A stretch of 64,000 nucleotides of DNA from Desulfobacterales bacterium (GCA_963668645.2 CAXXWC010000006.1:64001-128000); one strand, 5' to 3'. Positions 1 through 9,748 are shown, counted from the stretch's first letter. A program made the numbers and translations. Notes: generated from the letters alone by a model not told the origin.

Positions 1-532
1 GGTCGATGTATCCCTCCGGAATGAGGTCCGTGACGTTCTTGCCGACGATGTCTTCCTGCTTGTGGCCGATGAGCCGCTCGGAACTGCGGTTGCACTTGAG
101 GATCGTGCCTTCACCATCGGTGATGAACAATCCATCGTAGGATGAATCGAATATCGCGTCGAGCTGGCGTTTGACCTGGGGGTCGGCCATGGCGCACCCG
201 TTGGCGGTCGGCTTGACGACGACCACAGCCCCCGGCCGGGTCGTCAAAGGGAAAAGATCGATCACCAGCAGGCGTCCACTGTATTCAACCTCGATGCCGA
301 GCTGCACTGTACCGCTGACCAGGCAGCGGCGCAACACATCTCCGACAGGGGGCAGGATCTCGGCTGCCAAACGACCCTGAAGCTTTTCTTTGTCAACGGC
401 CAGGAGGACTTCGGCGGCCTGATTGAGAATTTCGATCCGGCCGTCTCCGGCAGCGACGAGCAGGCCGCAGCCGGCGGCGTCCATTACTTCCAGCGGGTCA
501 GGCAGGCCAGGTAAAAAGAGTTCCGGCGGCAT
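1..532 (-). CDS. PAS-domain protein, 5' part (probably a sigma-54-type regulator or sensor); runs off the window
   Basis: Not in the ORF track. Manual translation from ATG at 532 (SD AAGGGAG upstream): MPPELFLPGLPDPLEVMDAAGCGLLVAAGDGRIEILNQAAE...QLDAIFDSSYDGLFITDGEGTILKCNRSSERLIG, i.e. two PAS repeats. Confidence 0.75.
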   Translation of the reverse strand, partial: MPPELFLPGLPDPLEVMDAAGCGLLVAAGDGRIEILNQAAEVLLAVDKEKLQGRLAAEILPPVGDVLRRCLVSGTVQLGIEVEYSGRLLVIDLFPLTTRPGAVVVVKPTANGCAMADPQVKRQLDAIFDSSYDGLFITDGEGTILKCNRSSERLIGHKQEDIVGKNVTDLIPEGYID

Positions 533-867
533 AGGCGGCAGCTCCCTTTTGGCACGGGGACCGCCGCCCGCGCGCCGTTGTGGCCTCAAAAGCATGCTGG
601 CGGCGGCCTGAGCATGTGAGGAGCGATCCGGGTTGATGATCAGATCCTTGCTACCACGAAGCCCAAAACCGAATCAAGCCTGCCGATTGCGCACCAGTCA
701 TTCCCGGTGAAACCCAAACCCTTTCCATTTTTTGGAGAAACCAGCAGATCTTGAATTCACCGAAAATTGGCGGTTTTACACCAGGCCGGTGAAAGTCGGC
801 CTGGAAACCCGTCTGGTGCCTTTTTCAATTTGCCTTTTCGCCCGGCTTCGACTACACCCCATAGCCC

Positions 868-1608
868 ATGGGAAAAAGCGAAAACACCAACGTCGACAAC
901 GCCGTTATCGAGGATTTCGACGAGCAGGCCGAACGCTGGTGGTCGCGCCGCGGGGACATGCGCGGGCTGCACGACATCAATCCCGTGCGGGTGGACTACG
1001 TGCGGCGGCGTACCGCTCTTGCCGGCCGCCGGGTCCTCGACGTGGGCTGCGGCGGCGGGCTGCTGGCCGAACCGCTGGCAGCGGCCGGGGCCCGGGTCAC
1101 CGGCATCGACATGTCGGCAGCCCAACTGGCCGGAGCCCGGCGCCACGCGCAACTCGGCGGCCTTTCAATCGACTACCGGCGCACCACGGCCGAAGCGCTG
1201 GCGGACATTGAAGCGGGCGCCTTCGATGCCGTGACCTGCATGGAACTGCTGGAGCATGTGCCCCGGCCCCAGGCGGTGGTGGCGGCCTGCGCCCGGCTGG
1301 TGCGACCCGGCGGCGACGTCTTTTTCGCCACCCTCAACCGTACCGTTGCCGCGCGGGTGCTGGCGGTGCTGGCGGCCGAATACCTGCTGGGCATCGTTGC
1401 CCGGGGCACCCATGACTGGCGCCGCTTCGTGCGCCCGGCCGAGCTGGCCGCCTGGGCCGGGGCCGCCGGCCTGTGCTGCTGCGACATCAGCGGCCTTCGC
1501 TACCTGCCGTTTATCGGCTACTGCCGGCTGACCCGCGACACGGCGATCAACTACCTCGGGCACTTCAAGAAGGTGACCACAAAAGATGAAAGCCGTCTTC
1601 AGACATGA
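868..1608 (+). CDS. ubiG: UbiG-like O-methyltransferase (2-polyprenyl-6-hydroxyphenol / 3-demethylubiquinol methylase)
   Basis: LHDINPVRVDY, SAM motif VLDVGCGGGLLAE, FDAVTCMELLEHVP, AAEYLLGIVARGTHDWRRF. Confidence 0.85.
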   Translation: MGKSENTNVDNAVIEDFDEQAERWWSRRGDMRGLHDINPVRVDYVRRRTALAGRRVLDVGCGGGLLAEPLAAAGARVTGIDMSAAQLAGARRHAQLGGLSIDYRRTTAEALADIEAGAFDAVTCMELLEHVPRPQAVVAACARLVRPGGDVFFATLNRTVAARVLAVLAAEYLLGIVARGTHDWRRFVRPAELAAWAGAAGLCCCDISGLRYLPFIGYCRLTRDTAINYLGHFKKVTTKDESRLQT

Positions 1609-1630
1609 AACCTGAAACCCGCAGCCTGCC

Positions 1631-2482
1631 ATGAGCACCGAAAAGAGCCCATCGCCCCGTGATTTTGCTTTCGCCCGCCCGCGCTGGTTCGACCGCAACG
1701 CGCGGCGCCGCCAGCTCGACGAACACGTCGATGAGAGCCGGACGGCCACCTTCGGCTTCAGGACCATGGCCGCGGCCGAAAAGGCCGCAGCCGTGATGCG
1801 CCACTTCGACCGGGTCGCACCGCGCTACGATTTTATGAACAACCTGCTCAGCTTCGGCATCCAGATGATCTGGAAACGGGTGGCCGTCCGATGCATACGG
1901 CTTTGCCCGGGTGACCGGGTCCTGGACGTCTGCGGCGGCACGGCCGATCTGGCGCTGCTGGCCTCACAGCGCACCGGAGCCGCCGGGCGCACGGTGGTCT
2001 GCGACCTGAACCGCGCCATGATGGGCGGCGGCACGGCCAAAGTGAAGCGCGCCGGGCTGGACGGGCACATCGTCTTCGTTCAGGGCGACGCCGAACGGCT
2101 CCCCTTTGCCGACGGGCAATTCGACGCGGCCATGGTCGGCTTCGGCATCCGCAACCTCACCCATCTCAAGCGCGGCTTTGCCGAGATGCTGCGCGTCCTG
2201 CGGCCCGGCGGCACCCTGATGTGCCTGGAGTTTTCCAAGCCGGCCAACCCGGTCTTTCGCCGGCTTTACGACTTTCACAGCTTCGTCATTATGCCGCTTC
2301 TCGGCCAACTGCTGGTGGGAAACCGCGAGGGCTACGCCTGCCTGCCCGAGACCATCCGTCTTTTTCCCCTGCCCGAAGAGCTGAGCGCCATCCTGGCGCA
2401 AATCGGCTTTACGAACGTGCGCTGCCGCCGTCTGACCAACGGCATCGCCGTGGTGCACAGCGCCAGCAAGCGGCGCACTTGA
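1631..2482 (+). CDS. ubiE: UbiE/MenG quinone C-methyltransferase
   Basis: FDRVAPRYDFMNNLLSFG, VLDVCGGTADLA, GDAERLPFAD, GFGIRNLTH, LEFSKP; about 35-aa N-terminal extension. Confidence 0.88.
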   Translation: MSTEKSPSPRDFAFARPRWFDRNARRRQLDEHVDESRTATFGFRTMAAAEKAAAVMRHFDRVAPRYDFMNNLLSFGIQMIWKRVAVRCIRLCPGDRVLDVCGGTADLALLASQRTGAAGRTVVCDLNRAMMGGGTAKVKRAGLDGHIVFVQGDAERLPFADGQFDAAMVGFGIRNLTHLKRGFAEMLRVLRPGGTLMCLEFSKPANPVFRRLYDFHSFVIMPLLGQLLVGNREGYACLPETIRLFPLPEELSAILAQIGFTNVRCRRLTNGIAVVHSASKRRT

Positions 2483-2483
2483 T

Positions 2484-3329
2484 CTAAAGCGAACTGACGG
2501 GCGTTGCCATTCCGAAGGCGGCGGATGGATTGAAACGGCCGCCGAGCCTGGTTCTCGATCCCGGGTAGATCAAAGCGGCCTTGGTGGCGATCAACTGTTT
2601 TGACCACGTCCGCCGGTGCAGTATTAAACAAGGTTCGCCCGGGTCAATTTCCAAAAGACGCTGAACCGTTTCATCCGGCATCGTAGTCTCGATGATATGC
2701 TCGGCTTCCGTCAGCGGTCCCATGTGGAAAAGATGCTGGCTGGGCGTTATCCTGGTAAAATCCTGGGTCAGATAGTCCGGCACGAAGGCCGGATTGACAA
2801 AACGGTCCTCCAACTGCACCGGAGTCCCGGAATCCCGGTGCACAATTATGGAGTGGAAAATCGGTGCCGCTTCGGGAAGGTTGAAAGCCCTGGCGATTTC
2901 CGCACCGGCGGCCTCTTTTTCCAGCATGATCACCTCGCAGCTGTACTCCCCCCCGCGTTCCAGAATTTCTTCGGAGATGCTGCGCACGATCAACAATGCC
3001 GATGACGGCCTGTTGTTGGCCACGAACGTGCCCACACCCTGGACCCGGACCAGATACCCTTCCATCGCCAGTTCGCGGAAAGCCCGGCTGACGGTGCTGC
3101 GTGAGACCCGGAGCCTGGAGACGATTTCGTTTTCCGACGGGATGCAGGCCGCCGGCTTCCATTCACCGGTCTCGATTCTCTGGATGATGTAGTTTTTCAC
3201 CTGCTGAAAAAGCGCCGTGCTGGACCGGTCCAGAGGCGAACGGTCGGCGGTGATGTGGGAGACAAGCCCTGTCCCCTTCGGTGGCAAGCTCAACGGCGAC
3301 TTTCTTATTTTGGGTACGAAACCGGCCAT
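2484..3329 (-). CDS. hutC: HutC-type GntR repressor (wHTH + UTRA)
   Basis: IPSENEIV..LRVSRSTVSRAFRELAMEGYLVRVQGVGTFVA; UTRA domain VQLEDRFVNP..YLTQDFTRITP, LHRRTWS; divergent from hut-like genes. Confidence 0.85.
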   Translation of the reverse strand: MAGFVPKIRKSPLSLPPKGTGLVSHITADRSPLDRSSTALFQQVKNYIIQRIETGEWKPAACIPSENEIVSRLRVSRSTVSRAFRELAMEGYLVRVQGVGTFVANNRPSSALLIVRSISEEILERGGEYSCEVIMLEKEAAGAEIARAFNLPEAAPIFHSIIVHRDSGTPVQLEDRFVNPAFVPDYLTQDFTRITPSQHLFHMGPLTEAEHIIETTMPDETVQRLLEIDPGEPCLILHRRTWSKQLIATKAALIYPGSRTRLGGRFNPSAAFGMATPVSSL

Positions 3330-3485
3330 ATCATCCTCTGCCTTTCATCCTGAACACCCCACACAAGTATACAGGCCCACACAACCCGCTTATTTCATTC
3401 AAAAACCCATCATCCAACATAACATCAAGGATTTAAGTAAGTTAACCAGGAGATAGACTATTTTCAAGCTTTTTTTATTTTTGGG

Positions 3486-3534
3486 TTGACAGCATGTCTC
3501 AACTTGATTACTCAAGTAATCATGGTCAAACATG
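3486..3534 (+). promoter_or_regulatory. Candidate -35 box and dyad operator for the hut-like operon
   Basis: TTGACA at 3486-3491; perfect inverted repeat TGATTACT-CA-AGTAATCA (3505-3522) with outer CATGT/ACATG arms (3493-3497/3530-3534) on the same axis. Confidence 0.5.
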
Positions 3535-3586
3535 TCAAGGCTTACATCGCAGTTTCAAATATGTAAAAAATGGAGTCCCCAATCGT

Positions 3587-4153
3587 ATGCAAGACAACCT
3601 CGCCGCGTTTCTCAAGGTACTCGATCCGCATGACAACTCCACCGGCGGCGGTTCGGCCTCCGCCATCGCCGGCGCCATGGCCGCCGCGCTGGTGGCCATG
3701 GTGGCACGCCTTTCCATCGGCAAAAAAGGGATGAACGCCGAATCGTTTTACACCGGGATCGCCGCGGAGGCCGAGGTCCTGGCCGCCGGGCTGTTTTCCG
3801 GTGCACGGCTCGATTCGGAAGCCTTCGACCGGGTCAGCGCCGCCTACCGGCTGCCCAAGCAAACCCCGGAGCAACGGACCGCTCGCACGGCGCGGATCGG
3901 CGAGGCCATGGTTCAGGCCGCGCTGGTGCCTATGGAGAATGCGGAAAAATGCGCCCGGGTGATCGCGCTGCAGGCCGTCCTGAAAGAAGCCTTCAATGCC
4001 AATGCGGCCTCCGATCTGGCCTGCGCCGTCCACCTGGCAGGGGCCGGCCGGTCCGGATGCCTCGAAAACGTCGCCATCAACCTCCCGCATATCAAAGACG
4101 CTTGCCTAGTCACACAACTCGAAAGCCGGATCGCCGCGCTTCAGGCCGCGTAA
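3587..4153 (+). CDS. Formiminotetrahydrofolate cyclodeaminase / cyclohydrolase family (FTCD_C)
   Basis: TGGGSASAIAGAMAAALVAMVARLSIGKK, DSEAFDRVSAAYRLPK, NANAASDL, NVAINL; ATG 3587 after GGAG. Confidence 0.85.
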   Translation: MQDNLAAFLKVLDPHDNSTGGGSASAIAGAMAAALVAMVARLSIGKKGMNAESFYTGIAAEAEVLAAGLFSGARLDSEAFDRVSAAYRLPKQTPEQRTARTARIGEAMVQAALVPMENAEKCARVIALQAVLKEAFNANAASDLACAVHLAGAGRSGCLENVAINLPHIKDACLVTQLESRIAALQAA

Positions 4154-4206
4154 GGCGGCTTGCGGCCGCATCCTCCGGCGAAGGTTGCCGCCTCCAGGAG
4201 AGAGAC

Positions 4207-5097
4207 ATGAAAATCCTTATGTGCGTTCCCAATATCAGCGAAGGCAGAAATCAAACCACCATCGAGGCGGTGGTGGACACGATCCGCACCGCCGGCGGGG
4301 TCAAGCTGACCGATTACTCGTCGGATGCCGACCACAACCGCTCGGTGATCACCTATCTGGGTGAACCGCAGGCGGTCCTGGCCGCCACCGAGAAGCTGGC
4401 GCTCAAGGCTCTCGAACTGATCGATATGACCACCCACCACGGTTCCCATCCGCGCCAGGGGGCGGTGGACGTGGTGCCCTTCATTCCCATCCGCGGGGTC
4501 GAGACCCAGGAGGCCATCGAGATCGCCCGGCGCTTCGGCCACTTCATCGGCGAGCAGGGGGTGCCGGTCTACTACTACGAGGACGCGGCCACCCGGCCCG
4601 AGCGCGTCAGCCTGGTGGCGGTGCGCAAGGGGCAGTACGAGAGCCTGGCAACAAAGCTGAAAGATCCGCAGTGGAAGCCGGATGAAGGGCCGGCGGCATT
4701 CAACGCCAAAAGCGGATCGATGCAGGTGGCGGCCCGCTTTCCCCTGGTGGCCCTGAACGTCAACCTGCGCACCACCGATCTGAACCTCGCCCAGACCATC
4801 GCCAAGGGCGTGCGTCACCTCAACGGCGGCTACCGGTACGTGCGGGCCATCGGCCTGTCCCTGGAAAAAGAGCAGATGGTGCAGGTTTCCATGAACCTGA
4901 CCAATTACCTGAAGACCCCGATCCCCCGCGTGCTGGAGACCATCCGGTCCGAGGCGGCACGCTACGGCGTCAACGTGGTCGAATCCGAACTCGTGGGCCC
5001 CGTGCCCCTCGGGGCCCTCGAGGAAGTGGCCAGGCATTACCTGCAGGCCCACCACTTCAGCATGGAACAGATCATAGAAAATTCACTGATCGAATAG
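4207..5097 (+). CDS. ftcD: Glutamate formiminotransferase
   Basis: MKILMCVPNISEGR, DADHNRSV, HHGSHPRQGAVDVVPFIP, VQVSMNLTNY, ESELVG; SD AGGAG. Confidence 0.92.
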   Translation: MKILMCVPNISEGRNQTTIEAVVDTIRTAGGVKLTDYSSDADHNRSVITYLGEPQAVLAATEKLALKALELIDMTTHHGSHPRQGAVDVVPFIPIRGVETQEAIEIARRFGHFIGEQGVPVYYYEDAATRPERVSLVAVRKGQYESLATKLKDPQWKPDEGPAAFNAKSGSMQVAARFPLVALNVNLRTTDLNLAQTIAKGVRHLNGGYRYVRAIGLSLEKEQMVQVSMNLTNYLKTPIPRVLETIRSEAARYGVNVVESELVGPVPLGALEEVARHYLQAHHFSMEQIIENSLIE

Positions 5098-5134
5098 TCC
5101 GGCCAATGCAATCGAACACGACATGGAGGTTTCA

Positions 5135-6871
5135 ATGAACCCGGAAATTCTGTACTCGGTCAAGGCCCAGCGCGGCGACACCCTGCGCTGCAAGGGCTGG
5201 AAGCAGGAGACGATCCTGCGCATGCTCGAAAACAACATGGAAAATGCCGAGGCCCCCGAATATCTCGTGATTTACGGCGGGATCGGCAAATGCGCGCGCA
5301 ACTGGGAATCGTATCACGCCATCGTCGACGCGCTCAAAAACCTGGAAAACGACGAGACCCTGGTGGTCCAGTCCGGCATGCCGGTGGCGATTTTCAAGAC
5401 CCATATACTCGCGCCCACGGTGGTGATGGCCACCACCAACATCATGAAGGCCGACTGGCCCACCTTTTACGACCTGCAGGACAAAAACCTGACGATTTTC
5501 GCCCAGTACACCGCCGCCCCATGGGAATACATCGGCACCCAGGGCGTGATCCAGGGCACCTTTGAAACTCTGGGCGCCATCGCCGACCGGCACTTCGGCG
5601 GTTCGATGGCCGGGCGCATCCTGCTCACGGCGGGCCACGGCGGCATGGGCGCCAATCAGCCCCGGGCCATGAACATGCACGGCGGTGTGTGCATCGACGT
5701 CGATGTGCAGGAAGACATCATCGACAAGCGCATCAAGATCGGTTTTACCGACGTCAAGGCCAAGGACCTGGATGAGGCCATCGCCCTGGCCAAAAAGGCC
5801 GCCGCCGAAAAAAAGCCCCTGGCCATCGGCGTGGTCGGCAACGCCGCCACGCTGTTCTGGGAAGCCTACGACAAGGGGTTCGAACCGGATGTGGTCACCG
5901 AGATGTGCCCCTGCCACGATCCGCTTTCCTATATCCCCGAAGGCTACACGGCCCGCCAGGCCGAGGAACTGCGCATCCAGGACCGCGACCTTTACTTCCG
6001 GAAGGCCCGCGAAAGCATGGTCAAGCAGCTGCGCGCCATGAACGCTTTTCACAAGAAGGAAAACGTCCACGTCTTCGAGTACGGCACCTCGATCCGCAAG
6101 GAGTGCCGCGACGCCGGGATGCCGGAAGAAGAGGCGATGTTCATCCCGGGCTTTGTCGCCGAGTACATCCGCCCGCTGTTCTGCGAAGGGCGCGGCCCGT
6201 TCCGCTGGACCTGCGTTTCCGGCGAAGCCGGCGACCTGGCCCGGCTCGACGATCTCGTGCTGGAGATGTTCCCCGAGGACAAACTGACCACCAAGTGGAT
6301 CAACCTGGCGCGCACCCATCTGCCCATCGAGGCGTTGCCGGCCCGGGTCTGCTACCTCGGCTTCGGCGAGCGCAAGGCCTTCGCCCTCAAAGTCAACGAA
6401 CTGATCAAAAAGGGCGAGGTCAAGGGGCCGGTGGCGTTCTCGCGCGACAATCTGGATTCTGGATCGATCGTCAACCCGACCTTCGAATCGGAGAATATGA
6501 AAGACGGCGGGGATCTGATTTCCGACTGGCCGATGCTCAACGCCCTGCTCAACTGCGCCGCCATGTGTGACCTGATCGCCATTCAGGCCAACTACTCCAT
6601 GGGCGAAGCGGTCCATACCGGGGTCACCATGATTGCCGACGGGACCGATGAAGCCGATTTTCGCCTTTCCGCCTGCATGACCACCGACTCAGGCATCGGC
6701 GTCGTGCGCCACGCCCAGGCCGGCTATGAAACCGCCCGCGAGGTGGCCGAAGGCCGCGGCAAACTGACCGCCGAAAAGATCAAGGTGCCACTCTGGTGGA
6801 GTCCCAAGGCCACCTTCGGCCCGCAGGGCGGCTGCCAACTGCGCAGAGGTCCGCACAGCAAAGACTCTTGA
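5135..6871 (+). CDS. hutU: Urocanate hydratase family protein, divergent
   Basis: LVIYGGIGKCARNW, ETLVVQSG, YIGTQGVIQGTFET, GGMG, RPLFCEGRGPFRW, DWPMLNALLN, GVVRHAQAGY; several canonical motifs altered (see findings). Confidence 0.85.
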   Translation: MNPEILYSVKAQRGDTLRCKGWKQETILRMLENNMENAEAPEYLVIYGGIGKCARNWESYHAIVDALKNLENDETLVVQSGMPVAIFKTHILAPTVVMATTNIMKADWPTFYDLQDKNLTIFAQYTAAPWEYIGTQGVIQGTFETLGAIADRHFGGSMAGRILLTAGHGGMGANQPRAMNMHGGVCIDVDVQEDIIDKRIKIGFTDVKAKDLDEAIALAKKAAAEKKPLAIGVVGNAATLFWEAYDKGFEPDVVTEMCPCHDPLSYIPEGYTARQAEELRIQDRDLYFRKARESMVKQLRAMNAFHKKENVHVFEYGTSIRKECRDAGMPEEEAMFIPGFVAEYIRPLFCEGRGPFRWTCVSGEAGDLARLDDLVLEMFPEDKLTTKWINLARTHLPIEALPARVCYLGFGERKAFALKVNELIKKGEVKGPVAFSRDNLDSGSIVNPTFESENMKDGGDLISDWPMLNALLNCAAMCDLIAIQANYSMGEAVHTGVTMIADGTDEADFRLSACMTTDSGIGVVRHAQAGYETAREVAEGRGKLTAEKIKVPLWWSPKATFGPQGGCQLRRGPHSKDS

Positions 6872-6881
6872 GGAATCACCC

Positions 6882-8141
6882 GTGAAACCGCAGGCCGATC
6901 TCATCATTGAAAACGCGCGTACGCTGATCACCTGCGTCGCCACAGATTCGGATCCGGTGGGCCGCATCGGATCCGGGTCCGTGGCCATCGCCGGCGAAAC
7001 CATTCTCGCGCTGGGTACCGCCGGCCAGGTCGCAGCGGCCGTCGACGGCTCCCGGGCCACGATCCTGGACGCTGCCGGCAAGACCGTGGCGCCGGGATTC
7101 GTCGACTGCCATACGCATCTGGTGTTCGGAAAATCGCGGGCCCGTGAATTTGCCCACCGCCTGGCGGCGGCCCACCGCAGTCTGCCGCCGCTCGATATCC
7201 TGACCGGCATCCCGGCCTCGATCCGGATGACCCGCGAATCGTCGCAAGACGAGCTCTTCGAAGCCGCCCTGGACCGCTTGAAACGGATGCTGGCCTACGG
7301 CAGCACCACCGTCGAGAGCAAAAGCGGCTACGGGATCGGTACGGCCGACGAGCTCAAGATGCTCAAGGTCAACCAACGCCTCCAGCAAGCCCAGCCCATC
7401 GACATCGTCAGCACCTTCCTGGGGGCCCACGATTTTCCGCCAGAAATCGACCGCACGGTGGCAAGCCAGCGCAACCGCTACCTCGACATCCTGATCCAGG
7501 AGATGATCCCCGAGGTGAGCCGGCTGGGCCTGGCCCGTTTCTGCGACGTCTACTGCGACCGGGGCTACTACACCGTAGACGAGGCGCGCCGCATCCTGGA
7601 GGCAGGAATGCGCCACGGCCTCGGGGCCAGGATCCACACCGATGCCTATGCCAACATCGGAGGCTCGCGGCTGGCGGCCCAATTGCCTGCGATCACGGCC
7701 GACCACCTGAACTACACCTCAAAAGAAGAAATGGCCGCCCTGGCCGAGGCCGGAGTCGTCGGCGTGGTGCTTCCGGCCCTGGATTTTGCCGTGGCGCATC
7801 CCGACCCGGTTTCCCCGCTGCCCATGATCGAGGCCGGTATGACCCTGGCCCTGGCCACCAACCTGAACCCCGGCAACTGGACCGAATCGATGCATTTTGT
7901 CATGGTGCTGGCCTGCCGCAACCACGGCATGTCACCCGCGGAAGCCTTCCTGGCCGCCACCCGCGGGGCGTCATGCGCCATCGGCCTGCAAGACAAAATC
8001 GGCACCCTGGAGCCGGGCAAACTGGCCGATATCCAGATCATCGACCTGCCCGGACTCGATGAGATCATCTACCGCCTGGACCACCATTGCCCCGAAACGG
8101 TCATTAAACGTGGCCGTGTGGTCCACAATTCGCTTACCTGA
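6882..8141 (+). CDS. hutI: Imidazolonepropionase-like amidohydrolase
   Basis: PGFVDCHTHLVFG, GSTTVESKSGYG, STFLGAH, ADHL, GTLEPGKLAD. Confidence 0.85.
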   Translation: MKPQADLIIENARTLITCVATDSDPVGRIGSGSVAIAGETILALGTAGQVAAAVDGSRATILDAAGKTVAPGFVDCHTHLVFGKSRAREFAHRLAAAHRSLPPLDILTGIPASIRMTRESSQDELFEAALDRLKRMLAYGSTTVESKSGYGIGTADELKMLKVNQRLQQAQPIDIVSTFLGAHDFPPEIDRTVASQRNRYLDILIQEMIPEVSRLGLARFCDVYCDRGYYTVDEARRILEAGMRHGLGARIHTDAYANIGGSRLAAQLPAITADHLNYTSKEEMAALAEAGVVGVVLPALDFAVAHPDPVSPLPMIEAGMTLALATNLNPGNWTESMHFVMVLACRNHGMSPAEAFLAATRGASCAIGLQDKIGTLEPGKLADIQIIDLPGLDEIIYRLDHHCPETVIKRGRVVHNSLT

Positions 8142-8254
8142 ACGCCCGGTTGTTTTCGACGGGTGTGCACCATCCGCCGCATAAAAGAGGATCCGCCATC
8201 ATTTAAAATAGCTATCCATAACGGACCACAACGAGAAACCTGGGGGGTAACGCA

Positions 8255-9748
8255 ATGAGAACACTGGCAATAACATTTTTGTTGATCTACTTTGCAATTT
8301 TGTTGTTCATGGGCTACCGCAGTAAAAAGTCCGAATCGTCCGAAGATTTCTTCCTGGCCGGCCGATCGATCTCCAAGTGGGTTTTGGCCCTGGGGTTTCT
8401 CGCTTCCTGGTACGGCGGATCGTCATGCATCGTCTCGACGGACAAGGCCTTTAAATCGGGATTGGGATCATTCTGGGTCATGAGTGGCCCCAACGCCATG
8501 GCCCCGCTGCTGCTCGCCATTTTCGCCGTCTGGATCCGGCGCCTGGGCGTGATTTCCCAGATCCGGGTCATGGACCGGAGATACGACAAGGCCACTGGAA
8601 ATTTCCTTTCCATCATCGTCATCTGGTACATGATCACCTGGGCCGCCTCGCAGATGGTGGCCGCCGGCCAGTTCTTTTCGACCTACCTCGGTTTCAGCTA
8701 CGAATTTGCTGTCTTCGCCGGTGTACTGATCGTCTTTCTCTATGGCTTGTACGGCGGTTACCGGGTGGTTACCTATACTGACGTCTTTCAGTTCTGGTTC
8801 CTGCTGGCCGCCATGGCTATCATCATGTTTGCCGGCGTCTACGCGGCGGGCGGCATGAGCGAGATGATTTCGACCCTCGAGGCCAAATCGGCCGTCAATG
8901 AAGTCCAGTATTTCAATTTGTTCGAACATTTTTCGACGAACTGCATGTATGTCATTTCTTTCGGCATCGGCTGGGTCATTTCCGCCGACGCCTGGCAGCG
9001 CGTGAGCGCGGCCAGAACCCCGGAAGACAGCCGCAAGATGCTGCTCATCGGCGGCCTTCTCTTCATCCCGCTGGGCAGCCTGAGCATGATCGCGGGACTT
9101 TCGGGAGCGGCGCTTTTCGACACCATGCCCGAAGGCGGAATCCTTGCCAATATCGCTACTACCCACCTGCCCCCATTCGTTGCAGCCCTGGTCTTCGTCG
9201 GTGTGGGCGCCGCGCTGATGTCGACGATGGATACGTCCATCAACACCGGCTCGATGTCCCTTACGGAGGATATCTACAAAAAGTTAATTAATCCTAAAGC
9301 CGACGATCAGCACATGGTGAAGGTGGCGCGCTTCGGGACCGCCATCGTCGCCCTGCTTGGTCTTTTTATTGCCTTGAAGTTACGCAACATTCTCTGGGTC
9401 CTCTGGATGTCCAGCGACATTATCATGTGCGGCGCGTTTTGCCCCCTGATCATGGGGTTTCTGTGGCGCCGTGGCAACTCCAAAGGCGCCCTGGCGAGCA
9501 TGATCGGCGGTTCGGCTTTCGTCTTGTACAACGTGCTTGTGGACCTTGGAATAAAAATGCCCGTATTCTGGCCGGGTTGGCCGTACCGCCTGCTTTACGG
9601 TCTGGCCATAGCCGTGGTACTTTATTTTGCCGTCAGTCTGGCCACCGAACCAGAGTATGAAAAGGCCGACGCTTTTATCGCAGTCACACGCGGCAACGGC
9701 AAAGACAAGTCTGAACCTCTGCCCGAACCCAGTGGGGCAAGCGTTTGA
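8255..9748 (+). CDS. Sodium:solute symporter (SSS family)
   Basis: About 13 hydrophobic segments; DFFLAGRS, GGYRVVTYTDVFQF, WQRVSAART, AALMSTMDT, GFLWRRGNSKGA. Confidence 0.9.
   Translation: MRTLAITFLLIYFAILLFMGYRSKKSESSEDFFLAGRSISKWVLALGFLASWYGGSSCIVSTDKAFKSGLGSFWVMSGPNAMAPLLLAIFAVWIRRLGVISQIRVMDRRYDKATGNFLSIIVIWYMITWAASQMVAAGQFFSTYLGFSYEFAVFAGVLIVFLYGLYGGYRVVTYTDVFQFWFLLAAMAIIMFAGVYAAGGMSEMISTLEAKSAVNEVQYFNLFEHFSTNCMYVISFGIGWVISADAWQRVSAARTPEDSRKMLLIGGLLFIPLGSLSMIAGLSGAALFDTMPEGGILANIATTHLPPFVAALVFVGVGAALMSTMDTSINTGSMSLTEDIYKKLINPKADDQHMVKVARFGTAIVALLGLFIALKLRNILWVLWMSSDIIMCGAFCPLIMGFLWRRGNSKGALASMIGGSAFVLYNVLVDLGIKMPVFWPGWPYRLLYGLAIAVVLYFAVSLATEPEYEKADAFIAVTRGNGKDKSEPLPEPSGASV

Noticed and set aside
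549..565. Sigma-54 promoter at TTGGCACG
   Set aside because: The -24 element matches, but the -12 TTGC element is absent at the required spacing.
5132..6616. Long antisense ORFs (also 14422-15945, 17251-18894, 49463-51139, 56593-58317, 59454-61550)
   Set aside because: Shadow frames of high-GC genes with clear family motifs on the opposite strand.
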